Below are positions 60,953 through 64,000 of a stretch of 64,000 nucleotides of DNA, piece after piece. The position numbers were made by a program, and so were the translations under genes. The notes below the pieces were generated by a model. It saw nothing but the letters and a program-made list of their open reading frames with translations, was not told the DNA's origin and made no database searches. Source of the DNA: Rhodosorus marinus CCMP1338 (Eukaryota; Plantae; Rhodophyta); contig JAMWBK010000007.1 of assembly GCA_029953675.1 (NCBI GenBank), positions 868,001 through 932,000 on the forward strand. The letters are read 5' to 3'. Position 1 is the first letter of the stretch; the number at the start of each line of letters is the position of its first letter.

Positions 60953-63900
60953 TCACTTCTCCTTCCTCAGCTTTTGATCGTTGAGCTCTTTCATCTTTTC
61001 TCTGTCCACAATCACGAGCTCTGTAACTTCCCGTTTCACCTCTGGATCAAAGTCGCCCGGAGCGTCCGCTCTGATCTTCTTGTTAATCCGTTTCAGTTCG
61101 TCAAATCCTCTCTCGTTTCGGAGCTAAAAACGGAAAAAAAAGGACGAATTAGTTGCCAAATGCTTGGAGGAGAAGATCTTGGGGAAGTACCCGTATCCAA
61201 GGAATCACGAGACTACACTAACCGATTTCGCGATTGACCTGACGTCCTGATCTGGTATGCCGTATCCTCTCATTACTTCCTCCCCAAGAGCTAAACTCGA
61301 TTCCAATGTCTCGGGATATCTAAAAACGAAGAGAAAGGGTAGAGTTCAGGTCAGGAATGCCGCAGCGCGGGCCGAAAACAAGCAGACTGAGTGCTCTTTT
61401 GAAACACTGCATACGTGGCCACGACTCCAAGGTTTTTCAACCGGTTCATCTTCCTCATATCGCGCGCACGAACGTAGATCGGCACTTCAGGGTTCTCTAC
61501 TTGCATATTGTTCACTACACCAGTTGCGATTCTCGACTGCACCAGGCAGTAGCAAACAACCGTAGAGGAGGACGTTAGCAGGCGCCATCTCATTAGCTTC
61601 GCGGGGCTCTCATTGTCAGATCAACTTACGGAATTCATTGTTAGTACGACTGCAGTCGGGGAAGTTATTCCGTGGTCATTCAGGAAGCCGTGCTGTTCCG
61701 CGTCAGCACAGACACAGGGAACGCCTAGCGGGCAAACACCACAGCAGGCGCTCGGATCAGAACTGAGTGGCGCCCGAATCCATTTCAAGAACAACGGAGA
61801 CCTACCTTGAAGCGTGGCATCTCGGACCAGAGATTCGTTTCTGTCGATAACTATGAAGGGTATGAACTTTCTCGACAACATATCAACAACGAGATGACCT
61901 ACTTCACCGTAACCTACCGGACAAAAGCAGCATAAAAGGCTCGTTCAGAAGGCTGGTCATTCAGTCTGGGTACTCACCGTAAGATCTGCTCACCGATGAT
62001 GATAACTACGTTCTTTGATACTCGAGTCTGGGACTTAACGAGCTCTCTCTCTCTCTCCTCCTCCTCAACTTCGCTATACTGTGGGCCTTGTATGATGGGC
62101 GCCTGGACAATTGGAGAAAATCACTAGTCTGAGGCCTCGAATCCAACTGATTCTTCCAATCTAAGCTCGAGCGTCTTACCATTTTGGCGCCAATCTCAGC
62201 CATCAATGGCGTTAACGCCATCGAGGAGACAATGACAACAACGAGGACCTTGTTAACTTCATCTGGCAGGAATCCCTTTTAGTCGGAGAATCGGAGGGGA
62301 CAAAAGTTGACAAAAGTTGCCGTTCCCAATCAGCTGCCACCCCTTGGTTTTCCAGTGAGTTTTGTGCATGCTGAAACTTACCAGTTTGTTCGCCAAAGCA
62401 AAGAGAACAAACCCAAATTCTCCTCCTTGTCCGAGAATCAATCCCAGCTTTGCAGATTCTGGCGCGCTGAGGTTGAACGGCCTCGCAAGCAGTCCCAGGA
62501 TGGTCGATTTCACTGCCATGAGACTGGCAATGAGGGCCGCAATCTGATCGGTCGGAAAAAAAATTCGAACGTTGCTTAGCTGCATGTACACAACCCTTTT
62601 TGAAGACGAAACCCAACTGAAGGAAAACAATGGTTACCTCGAATGGCTGTTCAAGGAAAACTGAAATATCCATGCTCATGCCCGTCGTGATGAAGAACAG
62701 ACCCAGCAATAGACCACGGAAAGGCTCAATATCGACCTGAATTCTCGATCGGTAGGAACTCTCCGAGAGTAGAACACCAGCAATGAATGCTCCCAAAGTC
62801 ATCGAAAGACCAAGTCTGGACCACCACAACAAGCGATCACGTGTGAGGGCGGGGGACAGCCGGATGGGGCTATGAACGAGGAAAATGCGCTTCCTCACTC
62901 GTTGGTAATGTATCCAGCGCCAAGTACGGTCGCTAATACGATCGACGTGAACGCTTCCGCACTGCGACTCTCACTGACGAAACGAAACACTGGTCGCAGC
63001 ACAAATCCTCCGCCAACAACCTGTTTGGCAAAGAGCAGACCGCATCAGAACGACGACCGGCTGGGGACAAGAACGCACGCTCACAGCTTAGTATTTTTGG
63101 CGCGGAAAACCTACAACCGCGAAAACTCCTGCAACAGCCTTTGCTGCTGTAGCAAGAATCGCCGTGATCAGACCCTCGATTTGCTGAAAACCTGTCCATC
63201 TAGAGCAGCGAATGCACAACAAAGCCCCTTCATTAGTCGATTTCCTGCGGTTCGCCCTCACGAGCTCTACGGTTCCAAAAGGCCAAGCAAGCATACTCTG
63301 TAGTGGACAAGAGTGGAACCAAGACCAGAAGGGGAACCACCGCAATATCCTGGAGCAATAAAACACCAAAAGCCGCCGTGGCGTATCGACTAGACTGCTC
63401 TTTCCTCTCGGCAAGAAGCTGCAGCACAAACGCGGACGATGACAGTGATAGGGAAGTCCCGATCACCAGAGACTCAGATATCCCAGCTCCCATCAGCAGG
63501 GCACCTCCTGCGAGTGCCGTAGAGGTCAGGGCCATCTACACAGAATTCAGCAAAACGCGGGTCGTTAGCTTTCCAAACATCGCAGCCTTCGAGGTCGTTG
63601 GACATGGATGCTCGTCTCCACGCCGGCATTGCCCGAATTCCGATCTGGGAATCCGCACAAGGGGAAAACAAATCTCTGGTCGGTTGGTTTACCTGCAATG
63701 TTCCAAGACCAAATGCGTAAACTCTGAGCTTCTTTAGTCTGTCGATAGAGAGCTCGAGCCCCATTTCAAAGAGCAGGAAAAGCACTCCTATGTCTGCGAT
63801 CTGCGCGATGTCTTCCAATTCCGTTACCAGTCGGAGCCCGTGTGGTCCTAGAGCGACTCCCGCCGCGAGAAAGCCCAGGACTGGGGATAAGTTGAACCTA

Positions 63901-64000
63901 GATCCGGCGTTGAAAAGGCACATAATCAGAGCCTTTAATCATCTATTTTCATTCCCCGGCCCAGGAGGTCTCTACCTTTTGAACAGTGGAACCACAACGG
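60953..64000 (-). CDS. KEA: K+/H+ efflux antiporter (KEA/Kef, CPA2 family) with C-terminal KTN/TrkA-N domain; multi-exon, 5' end beyond the window
   Basis: [101 protein letters not shown] and YPETLESSL. Stop codon at 60955-60953. Confidence 0.93.

Overview
Eukaryotic nuclear DNA, most likely from a red alga (Rhodophyta). It has short GT-AG introns (mostly 70-160 nt, with CTRAC-type branch points). It also encodes RedCAP and several plastid proteins whose N-termini look like simple transit peptides (MAFV..., MAMAF..., MVGFV...) rather than bipartite ER leaders. About 18 protein genes are supportable: BAG-domain protein, hypothetical protein, histone H3, RedCAP, plastid NFU, SLC25A38/Hem25-like carrier, ClpP, RPS9, VDAC, ChlP, a SAM methyltransferase, four C2H2 zinc-finger genes, an alpha/beta hydrolase, a coiled-coil membrane protein, a PP4R4-like HEAT protein and a 5'-truncated KEA/Kef antiporter. 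AT-rich promoter-like cores separate many genes. The main oddities are: (1) a second, in-frame, splice-competent copy of the RedCAP last exon; (2) an 11 kb cluster of intronless C2H2 genes, three of them paralogues sharing an N-terminal M[SQ][LI]xFL motif, with a 117-bp near-perfect foldback inside the cluster; (3) a perfect 50-bp palindrome upstream of RPS9; (4) many unrelated local tandem duplications, several with a period of about 157 bp; (5) a decayed LINE-like APE/RT relic; (6) a GA/CT hairpin repeat found in two intron-like intervals. All exon structures were inferred by hand and no database searches were run.
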